Source: a virus (lineage: Duplodnaviria > Caudoviricetes). Taken from it: a stretch of 64,000 nucleotides of DNA. The notes under the pieces are model-generated. The model ran no database searches. It was given only the letters and a program-made list of their open reading frames with translations, and was not told where the DNA came from. Positions 9,859 through 19,777 of the stretch are shown piece after piece. The position numbers and the translations under genes were made by a program. The stretch spans positions 1 through 64,000 of IMG/VR virus record IMGVR_UViG_2852743531_000003, one strand, 5' to 3'. Position 1 is the first letter of the stretch. Each line of letters opens with the position of its first letter.

Positions 9859-10580
9859 TCTTCCACGAACACTTCGCCAGGAACACGAAGGGACGGGACC
9901 TCGTTGCAGGTGACATCCATGGCATGTTTTCTGCCCTCTCCCGCGTGCTGGATGTCGTCGGGTTCGATCGTGACGCAGACCGTCTCTTTTGCACGGGAGA
10001 TCTTGTTGACAGGGGGCCGGAATCGGACCGCGTACTCGAATGGCTCAATTATCCGTGGTTTCATCCGGTGCGCGGCAACCATGACGACTACACCATCCGC
10101 TGGCCGCGAGGCACTGTCGATGCCGCTACCTACCTCTCCAACAGCGGAGGATGGAACATTGAGAACGTCCCCGAACTTCAGCAACGCTTCTCGGATGCCC
10201 TTGACCGCTTACCTGTTGCCATCGAGGTAGAGACCGAAGCGGGAATGGTCGGTATCGTACACGCCGATTGCCCCGTACCTTCATGGCGGGACTTCGTGAC
10301 GCGTCTGGGCAGCGCGAAGGTTCCTGCTGAGGAGCGTGAACATCTCGCGCAGCTGGCCATATGGGCCCGGGCGCGCATCCTGGCGCTCGATCCCTCTTGC
10401 GTGCGCGATATCCACGCTGTTGTGGTCGGACATACCCCCGTCTCGCGCCATGGCACGCTGGGCAACGTCCATTACATCGATACCGGGGCGGTATTCGAAG
10501 GTGGTCACTTCACGCTGCTCGACCTCGCGAGCCTGACACCAGTCTATCCCGCTGCCAGCGAACCCAACTGGCACGCGTAA
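9855..10580 (+). CDS. Ser/Thr protein phosphatase (lambda NinI / PphA metallophosphoesterase family)
   Basis: GDIHG, GDLVDRG, RGNHD, GHT and DTG motifs are all present. Confidence 0.92.
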   Translation: MIFHEHFARNTKGRDLVAGDIHGMFSALSRVLDVVGFDRDADRLFCTGDLVDRGPESDRVLEWLNYPWFHPVRGNHDDYTIRWPRGTVDAATYLSNSGGWNIENVPELQQRFSDALDRLPVAIEVETEAGMVGIVHADCPVPSWRDFVTRLGSAKVPAEEREHLAQLAIWARARILALDPSCVRDIHAVVVGHTPVSRHGTLGNVHYIDTGAVFEGGHFTLLDLASLTPVYPAASEPNWHA

Positions 10581-10645
10581 CACCGGTCACGGCTCACGAC
10601 AATAAAACGGCTCTCGGATATATATCACCGTTGGGAACAGTCATT

Positions 10646-10677
10646 GAGGACGCCCCTGCGGCGTCCTCCTTTATTTT
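10646..10677 (+). terminator. Probable intrinsic terminator
   Basis: Perfect 9-bp stem GAGGACGCC-cctgc-GGCGTCCTC followed by CTTTATTTT, downstream of the phosphatase gene. Confidence 0.6.
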
Positions 10678-10696
10678 CCCTTCCGGAGATCCGCCC

Positions 10697-11581
10697 ATGG
10701 GCCGCCGAGACAAAAACCAGTTTTCGATCAAGGTCAACCCGCATCAGCACAATATCGTGGAACTCATGCGGGGGCTCTTTGCGAGGCACAACCCTTACTC
10801 GGTCTTTACCGACTTCATCGAGACGAGTGCCATCGCGCTGAGCAACCGTTTCGATTTCGCCCAGCGCGACAGGCGCGAGAAGCGCTATATGGAGATAGTA
10901 AAAGGCTATACCTCCGACGAGGCCACAAAATTCGCGCACATGTTCGTCGAGCTCCTGCTGTGTTATCGGGAACGCACTGACGAATTCGGTTCCCCCGGTC
11001 TTGGGCATTCCGCCATCGACCGCGACGGCGATGTACTGGGCAAGATTTTCAGCATGCTGGACGTAGGCAATGACCGCCTGGGGCAATTCTTTACGCCCGG
11101 CGGTGTTCAGAGTCTTATGGCGCTCATGACCTTACGCAACGAAGACGAGGTACGGGACCAGATCCGTGAACACGGTTTCATTACTGTCCTGGAACCGGCC
11201 TGTGGGGCCGGCGGTATGGTCGTCGCCCTTGCCGAAACCTTTCACAACCTGGGGTTCAACTATCCAACGCAGTTTCACGCGACGTGTGTCGACAAGGATC
11301 GTCTCTGCGTTCACATGACCTATCTGCAACTGTCACTGCGTGGGATTCCGGCCATCATCGTTCAGGGAGACTCGCTAACCTTGCAGACATGGGATACGTG
11401 GTACACGCCAACACATATCTTCCTGGGCTGGAACGCCAGATTGCAAAAGCGGCGAGAAAGCGAAAAACAGGCCGACCAGCAAGCCGCAAAGCTGCTCCAG
11501 CCCGCCGCTGAGCCACGCCTGGTAAAAACGCCTTCAGCCATGAATCTCGATCCCGGCAAACTGGTACCAACGCCAAACTAA
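10697..11581 (+). CDS. HsdM/N-6 methylase-like SAM-binding protein lacking an NPPY-type motif
   Basis: ATG 10697 after GGAG. GQFFTP, VLEPACGAGGM and QGDSL are present. No (N/D/S)PP(Y/F) motif is visible. Confidence 0.75.
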   Translation: MGRRDKNQFSIKVNPHQHNIVELMRGLFARHNPYSVFTDFIETSAIALSNRFDFAQRDRREKRYMEIVKGYTSDEATKFAHMFVELLLCYRERTDEFGSPGLGHSAIDRDGDVLGKIFSMLDVGNDRLGQFFTPGGVQSLMALMTLRNEDEVRDQIREHGFITVLEPACGAGGMVVALAETFHNLGFNYPTQFHATCVDKDRLCVHMTYLQLSLRGIPAIIVQGDSLTLQTWDTWYTPTHIFLGWNARLQKRRESEKQADQQAAKLLQPAAEPRLVKTPSAMNLDPGKLVPTPN

Positions 11582-11723
11582 CCCAGGAAACGCACCTATG
11601 CTCTTCGCCCGAGAGGACTCCGGGGCGCCTTTCCTTCGCGACAACGAAACCGCCTTATTTCCTCAAGGCACGTATCCCCATCGTTCAAAAATTCGCCCCG
11701 TCTCCGGTGGCTCCCTCCTGAAC

Positions 11724-11746
11724 TGACTGGCCTTCAGTCATTTTTT
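11724..11746 (+). terminator. Possible intrinsic terminator
   Basis: TGACTG-gcctt-CAGTCA followed by TTTTTT. The stem is short. Confidence 0.4.
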
Positions 11747-11812
11747 ATGCGCGGCGCTTTCCACACCGAATGCCGTCTTTTCAACGCCAATCTATTTAAT
11801 CAGGACTACCAC

Positions 11813-12580
11813 ATGTCTGGTCATCAATGCTGTCTTCATGGCTCTCTCAACATCAAACCTGGCACCTCCGAAGATACCATCGCGCGAGCGCTCGCTCCCC
11901 TGCTCAACGCCAACGGCATGAGGTTCGATCACGAACTGGCCAGTGGTGCGATTGAATATCTACCCGACTATCATCAGCTTAAACTCTCCCTGGAGTTCCA
12001 AGACACGGCGGATGGCCGCCTCAGCAGTGGCATTCAGGCGAATGTCGACAGCCTTGGCCGCCTTGTCGATGGCCACGGCTATCTCGAACTGGTCGATTAC
12101 GACACCGCCGAAAGCGAGTCCATGATTGTTCCACTATTCATCGGCGAAAGCTTGAGGGAGCAGAACCGCGCCCGCGTCGGGTACGCAACCGATCAGGCCA
12201 TTCAGTGGCTCCGACCGCTACTGCACGCAAACGCCCTGTCCTCCATCCGCGATTACATTGCATCTTTCGAGCCCGCTGGCGAACCAGCGTTTCGTCTCCC
12301 TACTGGATCACCTGCGCCGACTGAGCCAGCAATATTGGCTCGGGACGTCCTGGCGAGCACAACCGGATTCACGATTGAACAGATAGATCTGATGGTCCAG
12401 GAAACCGGACTGTCTGGCGAGGCTCTGGACGCCATTTACAACCCTGGAGGCGACGGCGAGCATCCGGCTATTACCCGCGTGATGTGGCGCGAAGCCGTGG
12501 CCAATCAGGAGACGGTAAGTGGCTACTGGGATTGGGCTGCTTACCAGATCGCAGAAGCCACCGGTCCGGCTCTGTGGTAA
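11813..12580 (+). CDS. Hypothetical protein
   Basis: ATG after AGGA. C-terminal HP...WREAVANQETVSGYWDW motif. No function assignable. Confidence 0.7.
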   Translation: MSGHQCCLHGSLNIKPGTSEDTIARALAPLLNANGMRFDHELASGAIEYLPDYHQLKLSLEFQDTADGRLSSGIQANVDSLGRLVDGHGYLELVDYDTAESESMIVPLFIGESLREQNRARVGYATDQAIQWLRPLLHANALSSIRDYIASFEPAGEPAFRLPTGSPAPTEPAILARDVLASTTGFTIEQIDLMVQETGLSGEALDAIYNPGGDGEHPAITRVMWREAVANQETVSGYWDWAAYQIAEATGPALW

Positions 12581-12600
12581 TCGGGAGCAGTCGTAGACCA

Positions 12601-13515
12601 TCAATTGACGTTCGGCGCGTCGATGTCCTCAACTGACGTCAACTTCTGGGTGGTCGTATTGCCCGTGATCTGGGCGTTACCCTTGACATTGACGTTGGCT
12701 GCGATGCTCACCTGCCCGGTGCCGCCACCCTGCGCACCGGGTGCTGTAGTCATGTCGCCGTTGAGTTGCAGCACACCGTTCTCGGTGAGGGTACCGGTAT
12801 GGGTGGTATTGGCCTGAATGTTGAGACTCTTCGTCCTGATGTCGATTTCGTCCTGCGTCAGGATGCTCAGCTTCGACTGCATCATCTGAAGCAGCGACTG
12901 GTCGCCATTGCCGATCTCGAAGAGGTTTTGCGTTGAATCGAGCACAAGGTAGTTGCCTATATCGTCCTGGATACGCAGATAGCCTTCCTTGGTGTTGAGC
13001 TGGATTCCATAGGCGTGGGCTTCCCCGTTTGCCTTGGAAGTCGTCAGCGTCACAAGGCCCGTATGCGTTGAAACCTGAAAGAAGTAGCTGTTCGACGGGT
13101 CGAGATTCGCCGACTCGTCCTGCGTTCCACTCCATGCGTGCGTCACGGTCTCGAGTTTGCGCAGGCTCGAATCGTCGCCGCACACCGTCCAGTAATACCT
13201 GTCCGAATCCGCAAACTGGTACAGCTTGACACGGGCGCCACGCCTGACGTCAGGTGCGCTCACCCGGTTGGATTCTCCTTCCCGTAACCATTCAGCCTTG
13301 ATCGTGGTAGAGGAAGCCACCTGGGTGTTGTATGCCGCACCGTTCACGTCCGTGCCAGACGCCGAGAGCGTCGTCCCGGTCTGGGTCAGTTCGCCATCAA
13401 CGAACGGCAATTTCTCGATCGGTGTGACCTCGATCAGGTTACTCGAAGGCAGCTTGTTTTCCGCAACGATACCAATCGAAACAGGTTGAAGATGGGATGG
13501 CGAGGGGTTGGCCAT
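12601..13515 (-). CDS. Baseplate central spike / tail tip protein (gp5/gpV-like; phiKZ gp164-like)
   Basis: OB-fold-like N-terminus (IGIVAENK, NRVSAPDVRRGARV), then short beta-strand repeats (IQDDIGNYLVLDS, ANVNVKGNAQITGN). Confidence 0.7.
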   Translation of the reverse strand: MANPSPSHLQPVSIGIVAENKLPSSNLIEVTPIEKLPFVDGELTQTGTTLSASGTDVNGAAYNTQVASSTTIKAEWLREGESNRVSAPDVRRGARVKLYQFADSDRYYWTVCGDDSSLRKLETVTHAWSGTQDESANLDPSNSYFFQVSTHTGLVTLTTSKANGEAHAYGIQLNTKEGYLRIQDDIGNYLVLDSTQNLFEIGNGDQSLLQMMQSKLSILTQDEIDIRTKSLNIQANTTHTGTLTENGVLQLNGDMTTAPGAQGGGTGQVSIAANVNVKGNAQITGNTTTQKLTSVEDIDAPNVN

Positions 13516-13608
13516 GATCTCCCCTTGCGATAGTTTGCAAATGGAACAATAAAAAGTACTGCATACGATCATTCTCTGATTGGCAAGCCGTTAACAGGAA
13601 GTGAACAT

Positions 13609-13980
13609 ATGAAGAGTAGCGAAAACAAGAACCCGGTGGCGCAGCGTGGTGACCTGATCCTGATGATGAGAACGAGGCCCATGCTTGTCGCTGAAGAAGG
13701 CACACTGCTGGCGTGCTTCTGGTCACTCGGCCGCGTCACAGGCGTCGCACAGGACGGCATCGTCAGCGCCTTCCGCATTTTTGGCACGCACTATGTCTGT
13801 CGGGATGTGCCAGAGAACTATCAGCTGCTTTCCGCCACACTGGTCGACATGCCAGCCATCGAAGGCGACATGACGAATCGTGTTGGGCAGCACAGCGGCG
13901 CGAATGAATTCCCGATACCCGATCATGCGTACGAGTACGCAACAACGTTCATGCTGGAAACAACGAATAACGGAGTTTGA
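13609..13980 (+). CDS. Hypothetical protein, RGDL-FWxLGRVT family copy 1
   Basis: Shares RGDL, FWSLGRVT, EGDM and ANEF with the ORFs at 14229 and 14665. Confidence 0.8.
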   Translation: MKSSENKNPVAQRGDLILMMRTRPMLVAEEGTLLACFWSLGRVTGVAQDGIVSAFRIFGTHYVCRDVPENYQLLSATLVDMPAIEGDMTNRVGQHSGANEFPIPDHAYEYATTFMLETTNNGV

Positions 13981-13983
13981 TTG

Positions 13984-14232
13984 ATGAACAGGAAAAACCT
14001 CGATCCGTATATCAGGATCTCCGCCGACTCGCTCGGCGAACTGCGCAGGGTCGACGTGCATCGCGTGATCAGTTCTGTCTGCTTTGACAATATCGACGGC
14101 GTTACACGTGGCGATCTCGCCACCTGGATCGCGACGCATCGCCCCGACCTGACCGATGAGGTCATGGACGTCATGCAGGACGAGTTTCCCGACGAAAGCT
14201 GGAAGCCAGCAACAATGGACGCGGCAAAATGA
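13984..14232 (+). CDS. Small acidic hypothetical protein
   Basis: GGAG RBS and ATGA overlap with the next gene. Confidence 0.6.
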   Translation: MNRKNLDPYIRISADSLGELRRVDVHRVISSVCFDNIDGVTRGDLATWIATHRPDLTDEVMDVMQDEFPDESWKPATMDAAK

Positions 14233-14642
14233 TGGAAAAGCCGACGACACGACATGAGCAAGGCACGCAGACGCCGTTCATGAGCAAGCCGACCAAGCCA
14301 TCCCGGCGAGGTGACCTGGTAGCCATTGTCATGGGCGAGGTCGTGTACACGGAAGAGCAAGGGGAAACGACGCGTCTGTTCTGGACGCTGGGACGTGTGA
14401 CGCATGCTGACGATAATGGTACGGTTTCGGCCTGGCGCCGATTCGGTCAGCACTTCATCGACAAGGAAGTGCCCGCGCGATGCGGCGGTGTTGGCGCCCA
14501 CCGCATCGACATGCACGCGGTCGAAGGCGACATGGTCGCACGCCTGGCGAAGAACGCAAAGGCCAACGAATTCGAGGACCTGGATGCACTTAACAGCTAC
14601 CTGCTTCCATTTATGAAGACAATCGATAGGCAGCGCATTTGA
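14229..14642 (+). CDS. Hypothetical protein, RGDL-FWxLGRVT family copy 2
   Basis: RGDL, FWTLGRVT, EGDM, ANEFEDLD. Confidence 0.8.
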   Translation: MMEKPTTRHEQGTQTPFMSKPTKPSRRGDLVAIVMGEVVYTEEQGETTRLFWTLGRVTHADDNGTVSAWRRFGQHFIDKEVPARCGGVGAHRIDMHAVEGDMVARLAKNAKANEFEDLDALNSYLLPFMKTIDRQRI

Positions 14643-14664
14643 GGCGTGGTACCAGGGATAGGAA

Positions 14665-15053
14665 ATGAAAATGACACAAGAAAGCGTCAGGGCAAAGCGC
14701 GGTGACCTGATCGTGACGCAGACAACCGCGTCGCACGTCCATGTCAAGGAAGGAGCCCGGAGCCGCACATTCTGGACACTGGGGCGCGTAACATCCGTGT
14801 CCCGTGACGGACGGGTGAAGGCCTATCGTACCTTTGGCGGCCATCATGACAGCCGGCACATACCTCTGCACTGCCACGTGGTGACAGCGGAGACCGCCGA
14901 CGTCACTGCGATCGAACGCGACATGCCGGACTGATCGTGAACCAGTGGGATGCCAATGAATTTGTCGACCTGGACGCCGTACGCATTTACCTTCAGGCCT
15001 TCAAAAGAGTGGCCGTCAATGGTGGATCACAAGCCATCAAAGCGAAAAAATGA
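14665..15053 (+). pseudogene. Frameshifted copy 3 of the RGDL-FWxLGRVT family
   Basis: The frame stops at 14934 (ERDMPD*). Homology continues in another frame (GLIVNQWDANEFVDLDAVRIYLQAFK) to TGA at 15051-15053. Confidence 0.8.
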
Positions 15054-15277
15054 GTCAGGCACACATTCACACCCAACCTGATGCGCATGCGCGTGCATTC
15101 TCCCTGTGCGCGGCGGCCCAGTTTTCGCCGGCGCAGGCCCTTGTGATGGCACGAGGATTCGCAGCAAGGGGAAAGACCGATGCCAGCGAAGGCTGCGCCC
15201 ATTACGTCATGCGCCTGATGGTTCAAGCACAGGCAGATCACGATGCGCTACACCGCGCTGATCCTGAAGGGCTATAA
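15050..15277 (+). CDS. Small hypothetical protein
   Basis: ATGA coupling with the restored upstream frame. Overlaps the sbcC start by 35 nt, so it is uncertain. Confidence 0.4.
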   Translation: MSQAHIHTQPDAHARAFSLCAAAQFSPAQALVMARGFAARGKTDASEGCAHYVMRLMVQAQADHDALHRADPEGL

Positions 15278-17765
15278 ACGTTTCGGCCTGAACCAGATCC
15301 AGAGCTTCACCATCCAGCCCACCGAAGCCGTCCAGCTGATCCTCGGCACCAACGGTTCAGGCAAATCTTCCCTGCTGCACGAACTCACCCCCCTGCCTGG
15401 AAGCCCTGCGGACTATAGCAAGGACGGATCCAAGGAAATCCATATCCTGGATCAAGGGCATCACTATGTCCTGAAAAGCGATTTTTCCCTCAAGCAGCCT
15501 CACAGTTTCCGCAAGGACGGTGGCAAGGAGCTGAACCCCGGCGGCACTGCAACGGTACAAAAGGAACTGGTCAGGCAGGCGTTTGGTGTCACGCCCGAGA
15601 CGCACGCACTCGCGCTCGGCGCTGAACGGTTCACCTCGATGGGACCAACGCGCCGCCGCGAATGGTTCACCATGCTCTCGGACGTCAACTATGACTACGC
15701 GATCACCGTCTACAACCGCCTGAAGGAAGAGTGGCGCAACGTCTCGGGTGCGCTCAAGCTCGATCGCCGGCAACTCGTACTCGAACAGGCAAAGGTCATC
15801 ACACAGGAGGAACAGGCCAGACTCGATGCCGAAGTCAGAGACCTGCATAAGGAGCTCACGCGTCTCATCGAACTGCGCGCGCCGCTCGAGCGATCAGTCG
15901 GGGAAATCGATGCCGGGCGCCGCGAGCGCGAACGTGAGCTTCATGCAATGAGCCGGCAACTGCTTGCGATGCGCGTACAGGCCCCCGTTGATCCAGTTGG
16001 CGCAGATGGCACGCCCCCGAAAAAGCTCACCTTTGAAGGCACCGATGGTGTCGACCGCCACATTGAAGCGATCCGCAGCAGCATCACAGGACAGGAGGCC
16101 GTGCTCACCCGGTGCGTGACCGAACACGAAAAGATCAGGGAAACAGTCGAAATTCTCCGACGACGAGGAACCGACGATCTGAACACCCTGCGCTCGCGCA
16201 TCAGGCGTGCGCAGGAGCAACGCCAGCAGTTACTCAAGGCGCGGCGCCTCGGGCTCGAAGGATTCGACGCCGCGGCTGCCATGCAATCTTTCCAGTCGAT
16301 TGCAGAGACGCTTTCGGAAAAGCTCGCTGAGATGCCCGCCAACGAGGAAGGCCTCTTCAGTTCCATCCGGCTGAAGGATCGGCGTGAGCAACTGCTCAAG
16401 CTCAAGGAAGCGGGTACGCGCGGCAACCGGCAACTGGCGCAACTGCAGGCAAGGAAGCAGCACGCCGAGCAGCACCGTGCCCATGGTAGCGTCACCTGCC
16501 CGAAGTGCCGTCATGTCTTCACTCAGGGCGTGGGTGCGGAAACGTTGCAGCAGTTGGAAAAGGAAATCGCCGCGAGCGTAGAGACGCTCGCCAGCCTGGA
16601 AAAGGAGGTGACCAAGGCCGAACAGTCGGTGGCCACTATTCAGGCCTACGGCGACCTTTACCGCGAGATCATCCAGATCACGCGCATGGCGAGCGCGCTT
16701 GAACCGTTCTGGGATCATCTCGCGCAGACAAACGCCCTGAAGGTGGCGCCCGCGAAGGTCATTGGCATGCTCGCGCTGCTCGGGGAGGATCTCAGGCTGG
16801 AGGTCAAGGCGGCTGAACAGGACGCCGAGATCGGCAAGGTGAAGGAACTGCTCGTCCAGTCGGAGCGCCTCGGGGACGCGACGCTGGGCGAGACGTCGCA
16901 GAAACTGCGCGAGTCGGAGCGCACCATCGAGGCACTCACCAGGGCGCTGGCAGCAGCACGCCGATGCCTTGGGGAGTTCGTCCAGTATCGCAGGAAGCTC
17001 GCCGATGCGATCGCACTGTCCGCACGCATCGACGCAGCGTGCCGGGAATTCGAAAATCTCACCCATGAACAGGTCGAGATGCTCTGGCGCGCGAGCATCC
17101 ATGCGTGTATCCGCCACGTCCAGAGCACGCTCTCGCGCAAGGAGGAAATCCTTGCGAACCTTAACCAGCAGAAGGCGATTGTCGCCAACCTCGAGCAGAC
17201 GATCCTGCGGCGCTCCCTGGAGGAAGAAGCGCTTGCAGCTGCCATGCGTGAACTCTCTCCAACCGATGGCCTGATCGCGCAGGGACTACTGGGCTTCATC
17301 CGCATCTTCACCCGCCAGATGAACCAGCTCATCAGCCGGGTCTGGGTTTATCCGCTCGAAGTCGTTCCGTGCGGAACGACGACGGAAAAAGGCGCCGGCC
17401 TTGACTACAGGTTTCCCCTGCGGGTGGGCTCCGAAGGCGACATCAAGGAGGATGTGAGCGACGGCAGCGACGGGATGCTGGAAATCATCGATCTGGCGTT
17501 CCGGGTTGTCGGCCTGAAATGCCTTCATCTCGACGACGGCCCCCTGCTGCTTGACGAGTGGGGCGCCACCTTCGACGCCGGGCATCGCAGCAATGCGATC
17601 AACACCATCAGGCACATCATGGAGACGTGGCCCTTCAGCCAGCTTTTCCTGATTTCCCACTACGCCGCGACCTACGGTGCATTCAGCAATGTCCAGACGT
17701 GTGTGCTGGATGCGCGCAACATCGCCGTACCGAAAGTCTACAACACGCACGTCACCATGACCTGA
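15243..17765 (+). CDS. sbcC: SbcC/Rad50-like SMC ATPase (phiKZ gp165-like)
   Basis: Walker A GTNGSGKS, long coiled coil with central zinc hook CPKC, Walker B LLLDE, ISH loop. Confidence 0.9.
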   Translation: MRYTALILKGYKRFGLNQIQSFTIQPTEAVQLILGTNGSGKSSLLHELTPLPGSPADYSKDGSKEIHILDQGHHYVLKSDFSLKQPHSFRKDGGKELNPGGTATVQKELVRQAFGVTPETHALALGAERFTSMGPTRRREWFTMLSDVNYDYAITVYNRLKEEWRNVSGALKLDRRQLVLEQAKVITQEEQARLDAEVRDLHKELTRLIELRAPLERSVGEIDAGRRERERELHAMSRQLLAMRVQAPVDPVGADGTPPKKLTFEGTDGVDRHIEAIRSSITGQEAVLTRCVTEHEKIRETVEILRRRGTDDLNTLRSRIRRAQEQRQQLLKARRLGLEGFDAAAAMQSFQSIAETLSEKLAEMPANEEGLFSSIRLKDRREQLLKLKEAGTRGNRQLAQLQARKQHAEQHRAHGSVTCPKCRHVFTQGVGAETLQQLEKEIAASVETLASLEKEVTKAEQSVATIQAYGDLYREIIQITRMASALEPFWDHLAQTNALKVAPAKVIGMLALLGEDLRLEVKAAEQDAEIGKVKELLVQSERLGDATLGETSQKLRESERTIEALTRALAAARRCLGEFVQYRRKLADAIALSARIDAACREFENLTHEQVEMLWRASIHACIRHVQSTLSRKEEILANLNQQKAIVANLEQTILRRSLEEEALAAAMRELSPTDGLIAQGLLGFIRIFTRQMNQLISRVWVYPLEVVPCGTTTEKGAGLDYRFPLRVGSEGDIKEDVSDGSDGMLEIIDLAFRVVGLKCLHLDDGPLLLDEWGATFDAGHRSNAINTIRHIMETWPFSQLFLISHYAATYGAFSNVQTCVLDARNIAVPKVYNTHVTMT

Positions 17766-17776
17766 ACGGACATGCC

Positions 17777-18619
17777 ATGACCCGTGATGAAATCGCCGAG
17801 GCCCTCGCGTCGATCGGCCAGCACCATACCCGTGCCCAGCGAGAACTCCTGCAACTGGCCCTGCGGCTGCAAAACGAGGGGCTCACCGGGCAAACGCGAG
17901 ACATGCTGCCTGCCCGGCACGCCATACCGGAGGACTCGCAGGAAGATCTTCTCCCTGTGGTGGCCGCAACGACGGCAGTCAGCGCACCGCGGCTCCGACC
18001 CACAACGGCGCAGGCCCTCGCCACGGCAAAGGAGGTACTCAAGGAAGAGCTGATCAACCACGACCAGTCTCATCTGCTGCACCTGGTCGACACCGTCGAG
18101 CAATCCGACATCGATGCGACCCATCACGCGCCCGCACCGACGCCTGTTACAGAGCCGTCAACGGGGAACCAGGCGAGTGTCGAGTTCTTCCGAAACATCT
18201 TTAACGCGCAAACGCTGGCCGGTGGCACAGGTCCGCTCGGCATCGGCGTAGCCGGCCTGAAACACTATCAGCAGGATGTGCGCCTTGCGAGACAGGCGCA
18301 TCTGAAGAACTGGCCAAGCGGCTTCTATACGGAACACACGACTCATGCAACGCAGTTTCTGCTCAACCGGGCCGATCTGGGATGGGCAATCCTCGTCGAA
18401 GGGTTGCAGCGCGCCGATATACGTGCTTCGACCCTGAACTACGGCAAGGAAGAATTCGCAAGCTTCATGCCGATGCCCTCCGTCGGCCTCGATGAAGGAA
18501 AGCGGGAACGTCTGGCCAGTTGCTTCAACCAGACTTTCAGCTGCGACACGGCTACAAACCGCTCGCATGATCTGATCGGCGATCACGATCACATTAGCGC
18601 AGTCTTCGATAAACAGTAA
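17777..18619 (+). CDS. Hypothetical protein
   Basis: ATG 17777 just after the sbcC stop. 280 aa with no recognisable motif. Confidence 0.6.
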   Translation: MTRDEIAEALASIGQHHTRAQRELLQLALRLQNEGLTGQTRDMLPARHAIPEDSQEDLLPVVAATTAVSAPRLRPTTAQALATAKEVLKEELINHDQSHLLHLVDTVEQSDIDATHHAPAPTPVTEPSTGNQASVEFFRNIFNAQTLAGGTGPLGIGVAGLKHYQQDVRLARQAHLKNWPSGFYTEHTTHATQFLLNRADLGWAILVEGLQRADIRASTLNYGKEEFASFMPMPSVGLDEGKRERLASCFNQTFSCDTATNRSHDLIGDHDHISAVFDKQ

Positions 18620-18628
18620 GGAATCCAA

Positions 18629-19099
18629 TTGGAATCACTAGCAGTCAACACATGGGCGCACCTCGAACATTTCGGTATCAAGGCGCTCACTGGCGAGGCC
18701 TGTAGCTACATGATGCGCATACTCTGCGACGTCAATGAGGATGGCCGACTGGGCATCCTCGACTATCTCTCGCTTCCCGTCAATACGGTACTCACAGGCC
18801 CCTGGAACAGTCTGGTGAACGGAAAGCCGAGCGTAGGCAGCATCATGCTGCATCGCGACTGCCTCCCCGCGCTGGCTGAATTCATGCTCCGACGTGCGGG
18901 GGTGAGGGCACTGGTTCGCCTTCCCTCCTCCGGCTCGATTGTCGGGCTCTTCACGGAAGAGCGCGTAACGCAGTATGAGCAGTTGCTACAGGACATGCCC
19001 AACTCCACGCATCTGTGGCAGATCCAGCGACTCTCGGGAACCACCCAGCCCTGCATTGGTTCGAGGAACATTCACGCAGCGACTGGTCGGGCCCTCTGA
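18629..19099 (+). CDS. Hypothetical protein
   Basis: TTG start after AAGGA. GIKALTGEAC..MRILCD and RNIHAATGR look like conserved motifs. Confidence 0.65.
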   Translation: MESLAVNTWAHLEHFGIKALTGEACSYMMRILCDVNEDGRLGILDYLSLPVNTVLTGPWNSLVNGKPSVGSIMLHRDCLPALAEFMLRRAGVRALVRLPSSGSIVGLFTEERVTQYEQLLQDMPNSTHLWQIQRLSGTTQPCIGSRNIHAATGRAL

Positions 19100-19351
19100 G
19101 CATCCCCGACGCTCAACCCTGTCCTGTCCAATACAAACATTACTCCGGAGTTCGACCTCATTCTGGATAAATCCAGTTGTCCGGGACCGTCGCAAATCGT
19201 ACGTGGCGACGACGTGCGATGGAGAGGACAGCGAGGAACCCACTGTCCTCGACTGCGTGTTGCGTGTCTATTTCCTCGGTTACGGCTCGCTGACCGATGC
19301 CCCAAAACACGCTGATGATCTGAACTCCGGAGGGTTCTCACGGCAAACTTC

Positions 19352-19777
19352 ATGAACACACAGGAAATCGAAACGGCTGCACGGCACTTTGTCATTGCAG
19401 CTATCTGGGCGGACGGCCCGGAAGGAAGGAAAATCAAAAGTGCTCCGGAAACCGATGCCATTGCCCGCGTCTTTGTCGAGGAGTTTGCGCAAGCCTGGCC
19501 GTCGGAATGCGCACAGGTCATGGCCAAGGATGGTTACGGCTTACATCCCGATGCGGGCACTCCCGCCGCAGCATTCGGCCACGACCTCTACCTCACCTGT
19601 GCAGGACACGGCGCAGGTTTCTGGGACCGCCCCGAACTGGGCGAATCCGGTCGCCGCATCAGCGAGCGCATTCGCGCCGAATGGCGACGCTGGAGCATCG
19701 AGTCGTATCCATACAGGCGGCGGCTGTATTTCTGTGTCTCACCCGAAATGCGCAAGCTTGCCGGGCAAGCCGCATGA
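19352..19777 (+). CDS. Conserved phage/plasmid hypothetical protein (GHDxxLTxxGHGAGFWDR motif)
   Basis: FGHDLYLTCAGHGAGFWDR motif. ATGA overlap with the downstream methyltransferase. Confidence 0.75.
   Translation: MNTQEIETAARHFVIAAIWADGPEGRKIKSAPETDAIARVFVEEFAQAWPSECAQVMAKDGYGLHPDAGTPAAAFGHDLYLTCAGHGAGFWDRPELGESGRRISERIRAEWRRWSIESYPYRRRLYFCVSPEMRKLAGQAA

Noticed and set aside
19100-19351. Gap with partial open frames, possible gene remnant
   Set aside because: No convincing start or RBS and no recognisable homology in any frame.
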